A DNA stretch of 64,000 nucleotides from Eukaryota sp. GEM-RC1 (taxonomy: Eukaryota). The position numbers and the translations under genes were made by a program. Below the pieces are notes generated by a model, which saw only the letters and a list, made by a program, of their open reading frames with translations, had not been told where the DNA came from and did not search any database. Every line of letters starts with the position of its first letter. The stretch's first letter is position 1. The stretch is from NCBI GenBank assembly GCA_040285855.1, contig JAUFOQ010000004.1, forward strand, positions 1,798,001 through 1,862,000, given 5' to 3'. Of this stretch, positions 20,761-33,100 are shown one piece after another.

Positions 20761-20860
20761 GGCAGACATTCTGAGAATATTGACAATTTCCAGATAGTCA
20801 ATTTGGACTTTGAGGAGGTTAATTTATTTGTTTACGTTTGTTCATTTTGGAGGTGCTGCA

Positions 20861-21773
20861 TAGAGTTGGCAAACGACGCGACGAGTCATGACTTCCCATG
20901 ACGTGACGCGACTTGAAGTCACGTCGACTTGGGGTTTTTTCAATGACTTGAAGTCACGTCGACTTGGAGTTTTGGTGACGACGTCTTGGCGTCGTCGTGA
21001 CTTTTGAGTCGGTTTATTTATACTCTTTTTTTGTATTTGATGATGGGTTATGTGTTACACATTGGTGCTACTTTACTCCTTCTCTTTTAAACAAATGATA
21101 GGTATCATTGTGTGACTCATATTTGGGTCACTAGAATATATAATAAAATCAGTGCTGCGTCAAATTATTACATAAATGCGTCTGTCAAGCTTCTCAGTGT
21201 TTGCACCTGTGGAAGTTCATGTTCGCAATGAACAGGTCTTATTATTTGCAGCAACACTTGAAGAAGGCCGCTGAGGAATTGAACGTCGAATCAGTACGAA
21301 TAGTTGATAGAAATCAGATGTTGTTACAAGATGGAATTCCACATTTTTAATAATCCAGACTTATCAAAAATTACTTAGACTCATTAGTACTGTCATCTTT
21401 AACAATGATGCTAAGCTTAGAACGCTTAAGCTCACTACTGATGGATCCGCAACTGTCAAGTCAATCGAAACAATTCATCAGTGCCAAGTGAACGGTTGTT
21501 TACACAAGCAGGGTTCACAGTAACTTATAAAAGAACTAGTTTGAGTTCCAGTTCTGTACAATCACAACTTTGTTTGAACTCATGGTACGATTTGTAGCCA
21601 CTAGAATTTTTGGAAATACAGTATGTCTATATCTACTTCAAAAGTCATGTAACGATGACGATGACGTGACTTGACGTGACGATGACGTGACTTGGTTTTG
21701 TTGGAAGTCACGTCACGTCGTCTTGGCCTGACATCGTCATGACTCGTCACGACGTCGTCATTTGCCAACTCTA
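20861..21773 (+). mobile_element. Non-autonomous hAT transposon (deletion derivative)
   Basis: TIR TAGAGTTGGCAAA; perfect 8-bp TSD GTGCTGCA (20853-20860, 21774-21781); dense GACGTGAC/GTCACGTC subterminal repeats; transposase relic DVVTRWNSTF at 21317-21346. Confidence 0.93.
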
Positions 21774-22519
21774 GTGCTGCAGTAGTTTTCCCAAGTTGTC
21801 AATTGTTAGTAAATATCCTAGATATGCCTATTTAGGGGGATGTTATTGTATTTTTGCGTTTGTCAATGGATTTCCTGATGTCACTCCACTTGTTAACCCA
21901 AAATACTCCAAATTTAATTTCCATATGCTGTAAAATAATCATCGGACAAAGTACTTTATGTACAATTGGAATCTATATTTCTTAGAAGATGTGTTCAAAT
22001 TTCGTTTAGGATGTTTGACTGACCTTCAGTCCTATCTGAAACACTACACAAAAGACATCAAATTCAAAGATATTTTTGAGAACCTATATTCAAATTGTTC
22101 AATTCTGTTTCATTTGTTGTCACTATTTTTTCCAATTCTATTGTATATATATACTGTCAATAAGATTTAATGATATCAATTTTTAGTTGTTTAGTCTATT
22201 ACATTTAGAATAAATTAAAACTATACTTAAAAAAGTTATTAAGTATCATCAAGAAAGGATTTACTGGTGAGTTTATCTTTCGCTAAACACCTTAGGCTCA
22301 ATTGAAAAGCCTCCTAAACAGAAGTTTAAAAAAGAACCGTTTCAGAAAGGACATAAAGAAAAAAGATTAACATAATTTATCGTACATCCAGTCGTTGTAA
22401 TAAATAAGCAATAAAAATGCTCAAAACCAATTCCTCCAACTAATTCAACAATTCAATGTAAAAGAACCCCTAAAAAATGGAATTTTAAAAAACTAATAAT
22501 ACAATCAAAACCTGAAAAC

Positions 22520-23332
22520 TCACTGTACATCCTCTTTCTTCTTTTCCCCTTTACTACCCTGCTGTTGTAGCATCATCATCGTCAGCTTCAGTGGTTGCAG
22601 CACCGTATGAGCAATAAAATCATGACGTGCAAAACTAGGTAAATACTGATCAGGATTGAGCTCAGAGGCAAACTTTATCTCATACTCATTATCATACATT
22701 TTCCTAATCACCCACCCTTGCATAGGCACCGTCAGTCTATTATAACCAGAACTCTTAGGAGCAGTCTCGTATTGAGCAGAGACCTCAACAAGGAAGAAGG
22801 AACCATCCCTGGCTGGTCTGACTGCCTGCATTAGAACAGAGTCAGTAGGGCGTAGAATTCGGGGAGATAGAGATTGGCGTTTAGTGTAGACGACGTTGAT
22901 GCGATCATCTATTGTTTCTAGTATTGTTCCTTCATTGTAGAGTCCATCCCATATGCGTCGTTCTTCGTTAGGTGTGCGTATGTGTTCGAGAAAGTCTGAA
23001 GGGGAGAAGTTGTCTTTGATTATGATGGAGGCTCGGACAGCGTAGCAACAGACTCCTGGGAGGAGCTTCTGTTCTATTGAGAATTGAGTTTGATGAAGGA
23101 ATTGTTCAAATTCAGGAGTAGAGAGGTTGTCTGGTATTTCGACGCTTTGCCATTGACAGTCGTCGTTTGTTTCTTTAAGGAGCATGAAAAGTTTGCGGAA
23201 AGCTGAGTTAATAACAGGAGGAAATCGTTCATCGTTAAAGGAAACGTCACGAGACCTTCTGGCAGCTGCAGCAGAGTGGAGAGATCCAAAAGAAATGTAT
23301 GAAGGAGAAACTGAAGGAGCAGCAAATGACAT
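22520..23332 (-). CDS. START-domain (lipid-binding) protein
   Basis: RRIWDGLYNEGTILETID...VYT...LRPTDSV...GYNR...GWVIR...LNP..YLP pattern typical of START/SRPBCC domains. Confidence 0.8.
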   Translation of the reverse strand: MSFAAPSVSPSYISFGSLHSAAAARRSRDVSFNDERFPPVINSAFRKLFMLLKETNDDCQWQSVEIPDNLSTPEFEQFLHQTQFSIEQKLLPGVCCYAVRASIIIKDNFSPSDFLEHIRTPNEERRIWDGLYNEGTILETIDDRINVVYTKRQSLSPRILRPTDSVLMQAVRPARDGSFFLVEVSAQYETAPKSSGYNRLTVPMQGWVIRKMYDNEYEIKFASELNPDQYLPSFARHDFIAHTVLQPLKLTMMMLQQQGSKGEKKKEDVQ

Positions 23333-23422
23333 CAGCTAATATATGTTAAATAACAAGTGAAAGTTTGAAGAGTTGATCTTGGCAAGAGTGGATTGAATGA
23401 AAGACTTTTTTGCTCCACTTCA

Positions 23423-23791
23423 ATGCCTCCTAAAACACGCAGAGGTCGTTTAGATAACTTCTTATATCACACAGTCAAAGCAATCCTTGCTGACCGAACT
23501 ATCACTGGTCGACTACTTGGCGTTGACATTCATCTAAATCTTGTATTAGCAGATGCTGAAGAAGTACGTATAACTAAATCAGGTAAGGAGTTCAAGCGAT
23601 CTCTTGGTCTTACAATTGTTCGTGGAGACTCTCTTGTTTCAACTAGTGTTGAAGCTCCACCTCCAGCACAGGAATCACGAACAAGAGGCGGGCTATCCTC
23701 AATAGCCAGCAAACCTGTTCTTGCTCAACCTCCGTCGCTTTCACTTCCAGGATTCGGCCCTTCAACACTTCCAAGAAATGACAAGGCGTAA
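23423..23791 (+). CDS. SNRPB: Spliceosomal snRNP core protein SmB/B'
   Basis: Sm1 motif (GRLLGVDIHLNLVLADAEE) and Sm2 motif KRSLGLTIVRGDSLVSTSVEAPPP, matching SmB [24 protein letters not shown]. Confidence 0.88.
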   Translation: MPPKTRRGRLDNFLYHTVKAILADRTITGRLLGVDIHLNLVLADAEEVRITKSGKEFKRSLGLTIVRGDSLVSTSVEAPPPAQESRTRGGLSSIASKPVLAQPPSLSLPGFGPSTLPRNDKA

Positions 23792-24246
23792 GAACTTTTT
23801 TCCCTTGTTTTCTTCCACTTCTTGACCAGATTGGACACGGTCTGGATTTTATTTTCTTTAAGTTTCAAATGAGTAAATTATATGTATCGACTCTGAAACT
23901 ATTTGAACTTTATCATTAATTATAAACTTTGAGTATTGTTCTGTTTCATATTACCAATTGCCAAAAATGACATTATATTTTCGTGTTCTAACTAAATATG
24001 TTCAACAGAAAGCAATTAAGAACAAATATGAACAGAACTCGAACGAGATTTGGTAAACTACTACAAACTCACATTCATGGTCCCCTATTAATAACATGAT
24101 AACTTCCAACACACTTCTTGTACATCATGGAATCCACTATAACCAATTGAAACAGACTAAATGAAGATTTCCCAAAAGATTTGCATCTTCATTACTCTAC
24201 CAGACCACGTTCTCCAACTTGTCCTGACTCTCTTCACACTTTGCTA

Positions 24247-25012
24247 ATGGACAGTATCTCCCACTTCAAGAAAATTGTTCTTCATCGATCCATATTCCTT
24301 CCACCTCATCTGCTGGATGATGTGAAACAATCTGTTTCTAATGCTTATAACACAGACATTCTTAAATATCAGCGCCGCTTTGATGGTGTTCTTATAACAG
24401 TCAACGAAGTTGACATTCTTTCTCATGGAACAATCATTGATGATTCAGCGTTCTGTCAGTTTGATACAAGCGCTGAACTGATAGTATTTAGTCCGCCACA
24501 AAACGGAACCCTCACTGGAACAGTTGTTTATGTTGCAGACGACCACATCGCCCTACTGGTCTACGGAGTATTCAACGCATCCATCCCGAAGTCCTCTCTA
24601 TCTCTACAACATGTCTTCAGCAAAGAGGATAATTGTTGGTATTTGGCTGATGAGGTTGGTTCACAGGAAGAACATCATTATATAGCTGAAGGTTCTATTG
24701 TTACGTTTGGTATTGAACGAATTCATAAGGACTATAATGAGTTTATTTCTATTATTGGTACGTTATCTTTTGGTGACGTGATTGGTGACGTGGAAGAGTC
24801 TGAACTTCCGTTGACTGTTCCCATGGAGACTCCGCTGCAGCCGGTGGTTCAGGTTGTAGAATCAGTGGTGGATGTAGTAGAACCGGAAATGGAAACAGTA
24901 AAGAAAAAGAAAAAAGTCGAAAAAAGACAAGAATGGTGAAAAACCTGAGAAGAGAAAGAGGAGGAAACCAGCTTCTGAGCGAGTGGAAAAGAAAAACAAG
25001 GTTAGTGAATAG
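24247..25012 (+). CDS. RPA43: RNA polymerase I subunit RPA43
   Basis: SHS2 segment (LPPHLL...ILKYQRRFDGVLI), S1/OB segment DHIALLVYGVFNASIP and a Lys-rich tail. As assembled it ends at 24939; a shift in the A-run at ~24910 would extend the tail to TAG at 25010-25012. Confidence 0.82.
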
Positions 25013-25110
25013 ATTGGCCTTGTTAGTATTTTTGATGATTCTTTGAGGTTGTTTTGTTTTACTGCCATCTTAGTTCAATTTTAATATAGCACTTTAATTT
25101 GACTGTTTTT

Positions 25111-25215
25111 CTGAATCAAAGAAGAATGGATCTACAAACTCCGATACATAAATCGAGTCAAACAATATTGGATTTTACTACAGTTGATGTTTGTGATAAG
25201 TCTTGTGTTAGTTGA
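25111..25215 (+). mobile_element. Short relic of the RLE domain of a non-LTR retrotransposon
   Basis: Translates LNQRRMDLQTP...TILDFTTVDVCDKS, matching RGDVIL...IADATTIDVCNDS in the 20021 relic (R-x-D...D-x-T core). Confidence 0.5.
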
Positions 25216-26291
25216 ACATTAGATTTGAAAATTCATTTTCGGAAGATGATTCAACACCTGGTTCCACTTGAGAGTGAAAGCCATGTGTTGTGCTTTAAAC
25301 TTGGACTAACAAGAATCACGTACACCATCATGAATTGCTGACTGTAGATGAATAAAATAACGACAATTAATTAAGAGACGAGCTGAATATCCAACAAAAT
25401 ACTACAGTAGTACACAAAATTGACTACAAACAACAAACACTACAATTCTGGATGACGATTCAAGTTTCCTTCTACATCCATTCTTTGGTCTCTTCTTTGA
25501 TTCTTATCTCACCACGTCTGTCACTTTTCTCCCTTAACAGTTTCTCCACAGAGTAAAAGGACCGTATCGACTGTCTTTAACAGTTGGCTAGGTTTTACTC
25601 AGTGTTTCAGTTCAAATACACAACATGTCCTTCTTTCTCTGTATAACCATAACATACACATCATTCACGTTTAAACGAAGACGGAAAGCCTTCGATATGT
25701 ACAGTGTTAGTCTCTTTTCAAAGCCAAGAAAGTTGTTTGAGAGGACTTCTTCTTCTATGTCGACATCGAATCTGTCATCTGGAAATACATGAATGTCCCT
25801 TGAAGCAACTTGAGTTCATCACATCAGCTTCCCCTTATAGGAACCAAAATAGTCTGTTTTTGATCTACCTCGTGTCGGCTACCCTTATTATTTGTGATAC
25901 ACCTATGAAGCACGTATATTTGTACACAAGACGCACGAGAGGACCCAGGTATTCAGAGGTTAGATTAGATTGCTATGGGAACGTGTTGTGATTGTTATTA
26001 AGCAATTTATAATTTTTTCCACTTTTGTTGTAGAAAACAGTCCATTTCTTTCACTTTTATTTCTATACATGGGTCAAATTGATGTAGCCCATCCACACTT
26101 GCAGTAAAGACAATGTGGTCATTAAGCATTTTTGAAGAGTCAATCTGATCTCATCAGTTCTGTTTCTGAATTTCTTCTGTAATGAAGGTGTAAAAGGCCA
26201 TCTTGAAGTACATCATAATATTTACGAAGACAAAACAACACTTGAATGTCAATGAAATTTTTGATTTGAGATATTAGATATCTGATATTTG

Positions 26292-26807
26292 CAGCGTTGT
26301 GCCATAGTGGAATGTTTAGACTGCCATACGGACCATACGGGTATGGCCGTATGGCTGATGGCCTGTCTGGCGTGTTTTTGAAGTGTTATTATGAGATATG
26401 TGTCAACCCAACACGAATAATACTTCACGTTTATAATAAACGGTTTATTCAACATCTAAATATGATATTTATTGATAAATCCGAGTTTTTTGAGGAAAAA
26501 GTCATCAATTTACATTATTTCATAATCAATTATCTTGTTCTAACCAAATTATAACACCTTCAGATCTTAGATTCAGTACTATATAATATTAATGAATGAT
26601 ATCGAGAGATTGGATTACATTTGTATGGATACAGTTGTAACTTCTGAAGATAGACGTGTCACAGAAAATGTTAGCCACAGGTGTTAGTGAAGTGTTACTA
26701 GTACGTATAATTTGATTTATAAACATCCTTTACCTTCCCCTTTGCACCTTTAGGTATTAAAAATGCCATACGCGTATGGTCGTATGGCATTATGGCACAT
26801 AACGCTG
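26292..26807. mobile_element. hAT-type MITE with a nested solo LTR
   Basis: TIR CAGCGTT(AT)GTGCCATA; perfect 8-bp TSD GATATTTG (26284-26291, 26808-26815); CCATACG/CGTATGG subterminal repeats. Confidence 0.9.
26669..26759 (+). mobile_element. Solo LTR (91 bp) with 4-bp TSD AAAA
   Basis: First 30 nt identical to the copy at 2315 (TGTTAGCCACAGGTGTTAGTGAAGTGTTAC). Ends GGTATTA (CA>TA) and is flanked by AAAA on both sides. Confidence 0.8.
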
Positions 26808-27109
26808 GATATTTGTTCTGAATAAATATGAAGGTTCGTAATTACTCTGATTCAGACCACTTTTCGCAGTCATATATTGGTATGAATCAGAATATTTATT
26901 GTTTGGCACTGTTAGCTAGAACAGTACTCACTCACAAGTAGGTCTTCCATTGCATCATAATAATGAGTAGATTAGTGGGAACATACGGATACACCCCGTC
27001 GTCTACAACTTCATGACATACAGTACTTACAAGTTGTGAGTCATAACTACATGTGAGTTGGCTACGATTCAACACGTGTTTATACCGACTACAATTTCCC
27101 ACTCCATTC

Positions 27110-30100
27110 ATGTCAATCGTGGTCATTGGAGTTTTCCTTCTCAGCTGTTGCGTTCTGGGGTCGGATTATCATTGGAGTTCTAATACTGATGGGCATTGGT
27201 GTGATCATACTAATTGGGAGCCACCAACCGTGCCTTCAAGACATTCATCTGTCGTCATTCCCCCTCACTATACTCCTGTCACAGTGAGGATCGAATCTAA
27301 CACAACAATTTCATCTCTCACTATCTCTTCCAACATCACCGTCGTCTTCCACAATAACTCCATCCTGACCATCTCTGACAGTGTTTTCGTCAATGGAGGT
27401 ACGTTCGCTCTTGGTCCATCATCTCCTCTCTCTTATACTTGTGTTGAATCCCTTCATTGGGTGCACGGAGAGCTGATCTTCTTGGATCTACTAAACTTCA
27501 CAAACCTTTTTCTATATGGAGAGTCTAAATCTTGGCCTCATAACTCTCTTTTTATAGAAAATAAATTCTATTTTAATAATTCGCTTACTTTTTCAATTTC
27601 TCGTCTCAGCTTATCAAATGTTTCTTTAACTTGTGTTCCTGGTTCAGAATTTCTCCTCGATTCATTATTCGTAGATGAAAGTGTACTTGAAGTTCAAGGA
27701 CAATTGAATTTGTCCTCTAATTGTTCTCTTACTTCTCTAGTACCAGTTCAAAGTACTGGAACAATTTTTATTGGAAATGACTCTGTTATGGCTGTTCACA
27801 GTGTCTTAAAAACCTCCAGTATGATCATAATCTTTCTTGAAGGGGAATTGTTTCTAAAGAATGGCGTGATCACATTTGATTACTATGAGCCATATTTGGA
27901 TCCAGATCTGTTTTTGAGCTATAACTGGATTGAATCGTTTAACCAAATTGATTTATCTGGTAACCATGAGCCCCACTCACTTATAATTGATGGTCCAAAG
28001 TGGAAAAGTGACAGTTTCGGGGGTTATTTAGATATAGAGCCTGCAGATGATTTAATAATTCCAAATCTTCCTGGAGAATTTGGTTGGAGGAATGCCACCA
28101 TTTCCCTATGGATATACTTTGAAGAGGGAGAAATCGGGTTTGGCAGGAGCCCTCAGTCTTCATATTCATGTGTGTTCTATATCCGAAGGAACGCTGTGTA
28201 TTGGAGTGATGGTGTTCGTTTTATTTCCTTTCCTCTTCGTCAATGGTTCCACTTGGTCATTACTTTTGATCAATCAGAAGCACGTATTTATGTTGATGGT
28301 GATTACAAGGATGCTGTTACTCCAAATACTCCATACACTTGTTTTATCGATCATCCGCCTCTCTTTCCGCTTTCAGAAATGTATTTCAGTCATTTGTCAG
28401 ATTCTTTTTTCCACGGTAGAATTCGTGCGATTCAAATTTTTCATAAAAATTTGACAACAATTGAGATAAATCAGTTGTTATTAGATCCACCGGTAGGTAT
28501 CTGGGGACCAGGAAAAGTCTCCATTGTTGACATGGAATTGATGATTCCTCCTGCCATTTTTGGAGTAAAAATCTTGTCTCTAGTTTCTTCGACTGTCTAC
28601 TTGGTTCATGATCCACCTGTTAAATTGAAGTCAATTGTGCTCAATTACAGTTATCTATTTTATGACGTGACGGTGTCTGATGCTCAACTTCATATTCAAT
28701 CTATACTTCTAAAAAATACTTCTTCGATTGTAACTGATGCTTCTCTTGTTGTAACGAATTTTCATTGGTTTGATGGTGAGTTGATTTCCCCTAAGATCCT
28801 AGCCTTAGAAGGTCTATTTCTTTATGGAGACTCCAAGACCTGGCCTCACAACTCTCTTGTAGTTAAAAATGGATTGTACTTCAATAATTCACTAACCTAT
28901 TCAATTTCTCATATCAGTTTAGTTTCTATTACTGTCTCTTGTTTTCCTGGGTCAGAACTTGTTCTTGACTCTTCTTCTCTTGATGAAAGTTTACTTGAAG
29001 TGAAGAATCAGCTTCATTTAACTTCTAATTGCTCTCTTACCTCACTAGTACCAGTTCAAAGTACTGGGATTATTGCTGTTTCGAATGATTCAGTTCTCAC
29101 TCTTTGCAAAATGTACAGCACCTCCAGTAGTGTACTAGTTTCGCCTCATGGAGAATTAGTACTGAAGAACACTAGCATTTTCTTCCAAGATTTTGATCCC
29201 TACTCTCACCCAGACTTATTTTTCTACTGTACCTGGGTTTATTCTATGAACCAAGATGATCTCTCCGGTAATCATCACCCTAATGCAACATTTATTGATG
29301 GCCCTCTATGGAAACGTGATGAGTTCGGTGGGTACTTGGAGATTACACCAGGGAATGTTCTTCTTATTCCCAATCGGGAGGAAATTTTTTCTTGGAGATC
29401 GTCATCGCTTTCTTTATGGGTTTGGTTTGAAGGAGGAGGAATGGGTCTACAAATGGACAGTCATTATTGTAGGCTAACCATAGAGCCACATGTAGTCGTA
29501 TTTGGAAGAACTAGGGCAATTGTTCGACTGCCTCTTCACCAATGGATTCATGTTGTAATTACAACGTTCTCTCGGACAGTACGTGTTTATGTTGATGGTA
29601 TTCTTGTTGGTTCTAGGTACAGGTCTACTTCATTCTTATGTAACAACCCAGCTCCATTTTTTGCACTGTCGCATTTACATCCGCTGACATTGTCCCAAAC
29701 ATATTTCAGCGGAAGAATTCGAGCCGTTCAGATCTTTACAAGGGCTTTAAGATTATCTGAGATTAAATCACTTAGTTTTGACTACCCAGGGATTTGGGGG
29801 TTGGAAAGCTGATTTTGCATGACCAACAGTTGGAATATGTTCCTGAAACTTTTGGAATTAAATCACTCTCCTTAGTTTGGTCAACTGTTTTTACAAAATC
29901 ATCCTACTTTAATGAAATGAATTTACTTGCACTTGACTTTGGTGAGCTTCATTTGTGTTCTTGTTTGGAGTCTGTATTGTCTGTTAATTTTCTTTTTTTA
30001 AGAAATACTTCCACCATCTCTTCTGTCGATTCACTTGTAGTGGGAGATTTCTACTGGTTTGATGGCGAATTGATTTCCCCTGGTAATTTTTCGGTGGAAA

Positions 30101-33100
30101 GATTATTCTTATTCGGAGCGTCCAGATATTTGTGGCTGGATGTGTTCCTAATTGCGGATGAATTGTACTTCAATAACTCGCTTACTTTTTCAATTTCTCA
30201 TCTCAGTTTAGCTTCTATTACTGTCACTTGTTTTCCTGGTGCAAACCTTACTCTTGTTTCACCATTTAATGATAGTTTACTTGAAGTGAAGAACCAGCTT
30301 TATTTAACACCCTGCTGTTCTCTTTCTTCTCTGATACCAATTGAAAGTGGTGGGATTATTGCTGTTGGAAATGACTCAGTAATTGCTGTTTACGATGGTC
30401 TTAGTAGCACAGGTGTAGTCATGATTTTTCCTAGAGGGGAGTTGGTACTTAGAAATAGCACTCTGTACATTGCTGAATCTGTTCCTGACTTACTTCGAAT
30501 TGCAGATCTATTTCTACATTATAACTGGGTTAACTCACCTAACACAGCTGACCTATCAGGAAATCACGATGCTAGTGAAATCATTATTGATGGTCCAAAG
30601 TGGCAAAATGATTCTGATGGAGGCTATTTCGAAGTTTCATCAGGGGATATTCTCCACATTCCAAACCCTCCTGGTGAATTTGGCTGGGTAAATGCTTCGA
30701 TTTCCATTTGGTTGTACTTTAATTCAGGAACAATGGGGGTATCTACTGGTAGTCCTTGTAGGTTTACTATTAGCAGAACCCATGTTATGTGGGGCTCTAC
30801 TAATCGTTACATACCTCTTCCTCTTCGTCAATGGATCCACTTAGTCATTACTTTTGATCACTCAGAAGCACGCGTTTATGTTGATAATGAATACAGGGAT
30901 TCAGTAACTCCAAATGATGGTTATAAATGTGCTTATAGCCCGCCATCGTTGTTTCCTCTTGCAGAGAGGGATTTGGGCTCCTCAACTGGTAATCGCTTTC
31001 AAGGGAGAATTCGTGCAGTCCAAGTATATACCAGAGTTCTAACATCTGCTGAAATTAAACAATTATATTTGGTAAATCCTCAAGGAATTTGGGGACGTGG
31101 ACATCTATCTCTTGTTGATTCAAATGTGGAGTTTGGTTCGAGTCTAGTTTCTCTTGGATCATTATCGCTTTACTCTTCAACTTTAAAAGCAAATAATGTG
31201 ACTTTTGTAGATTTGAAACAATTGGATCTTCAACATTCGAAAATGACCTTATGGCAAAACTCTGAAGTGTTCTCTCAATTTCTATCTATCACTGTAAATT
31301 CCAGTGAGCTCTACCACGATGATTCAATTAACCTGTTCACATCATCTGTAAGTCTGATCGCAGTCAACAGTCGTTTCCATAATGATTTTGACATTGTTAA
31401 TTTTGAACTTGTAGATTTGTCTTATTCAACTTTGGAATCATCTTCTGAAATTGAGGTAATTGTAGATTACTTTTCGTGCTTTCATTGTCAAGTACTTGGA
31501 AATTCGCTCTTGATTATTGAATCTTATTGTGAAATTGATTCTGGAAATTTTTCATCTCCCATAGTTGTTCAAGAATATGTTACTAATTCTTTTGTTTTAG
31601 GGAACCTTCAATTATCGAATCCATTTGTTTTCCACAGTGATGTGGTTCTTGATGACGTGTCAGTTTCGGAATTCCAGTCCTCTGGCGGCTCGATAACTTG
31701 TCGTTCTGATGTTTTGATGCGGATACATGTGCAATTTTTTTCTGTTTCTTTTTTATCTTTTTCAGACATCATCCTTTCGGACGCTACTCTTAATTTAGAG
31801 GAAAGTTTAGTACTTTCAAATCCTCAAATTTTAAGCGGATCTGGAGTTATATTTGACAACACTACAAACTTTGGTCAAATTATTCCCTTACCTTTAATAG
31901 TGTTTGACCAAAATCTTGTTCTATCTTATTCTTCTACTGTTACGATACGACTTATCAACGATAGTACATCCACCCAAGTAATTATTGGTAGTACTGTGTT
32001 TTTAGACGGATCACTTGAGGTTTTATTTGATCCTTTGAAATATTTAAGTGGCAACCAGTATTTGTTGATTGTGGCGTCCAATCTCATTGGTCAGTTTTCT
32101 TCCATTTCAGGTCCTTGCTCTTCAATTTTCAAAGTTAGTTATAGCTCAACTTCAGTTATTGGATCTTTAAACGAATATATTCCCTATTTAAATGAAGTAG
32201 CTTACCTTTCTACTACTGGAATTGATGACCCTTGTTGTGGAACTTTCGACAGTCCTTGTGCTTCTTTTAAAGGAGTTTTGGAAAGAATGGGAAGAAAAGG
32301 GAAGGTTTATTTCCATGAAGGATGTTATTCCTTTACTCATGGATTAGGAAATGTAACTGACGTTGATTGGGAAGTGATTGGTCTTGGTGACGTGGTGATT
32401 GACGGAATAGATGATACGTTACTTGAAATATTTGAGTCCGATTTTTCTCTTTCAAACGTTGACATTGTTTGTAATTCTGCCAACTGTCTTTCATTTTCAG
32501 ACTCAATTTTCAATGCAAGTAATTCTAATATTTTTCATACCGGTGGTGCTTCAACATTATTTCTTAATTTGTCTAATCTTTTTATGAATAATTGTCAGAT
32601 AGAATCGACTTCTGGTAGTGTTCTGAATTCTATTGACTCTCAAGTACTTTTGGTGCACATTGCTATTTCTGGAAACTTTGAAGATTCAGTGTTGATTCTT
32701 GAAAGATCTCAGTTGGAGATTGTATTCAGCAAGTTGATTGAAATCGAAACTAAAACACTGTTTTTGTTAAAACATTCTCAAATTCAATTCCATCATTCGT
32801 TTTGTTCAGATGCAAATGCTTCACTTGCTCTATTTGATGTTATTGAAAGTAGAATTATTCAAAATGATTCTGCTTTAGAAACTGTAAACAGTTCAGCTAT
32901 TTTCGTAGTTAACTCCAGCACTATTGACGTCAACTTGTTTCCACTTTCATCAACAATTTGCTTCAGTCAATTAATAGTAGCAAACAACTCTGAAGTTTCT
33001 TCTATTAACCTCGACTTAGTTGAAATTGAATCCACATCATCCTTGTTTCAAGTATCCAACTCAAAGATATCTTTTCAAAACAATGCCTTTCAATCAATCA

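Noticed and set aside
25440..25990. Coding-like minus-strand stretch (RDIHVFPDDRFDVDIEEEVL...) and plus ORF 25704-25991
   Set aside because: Interrupted by stops and has no recognisable motif; cannot be assigned.
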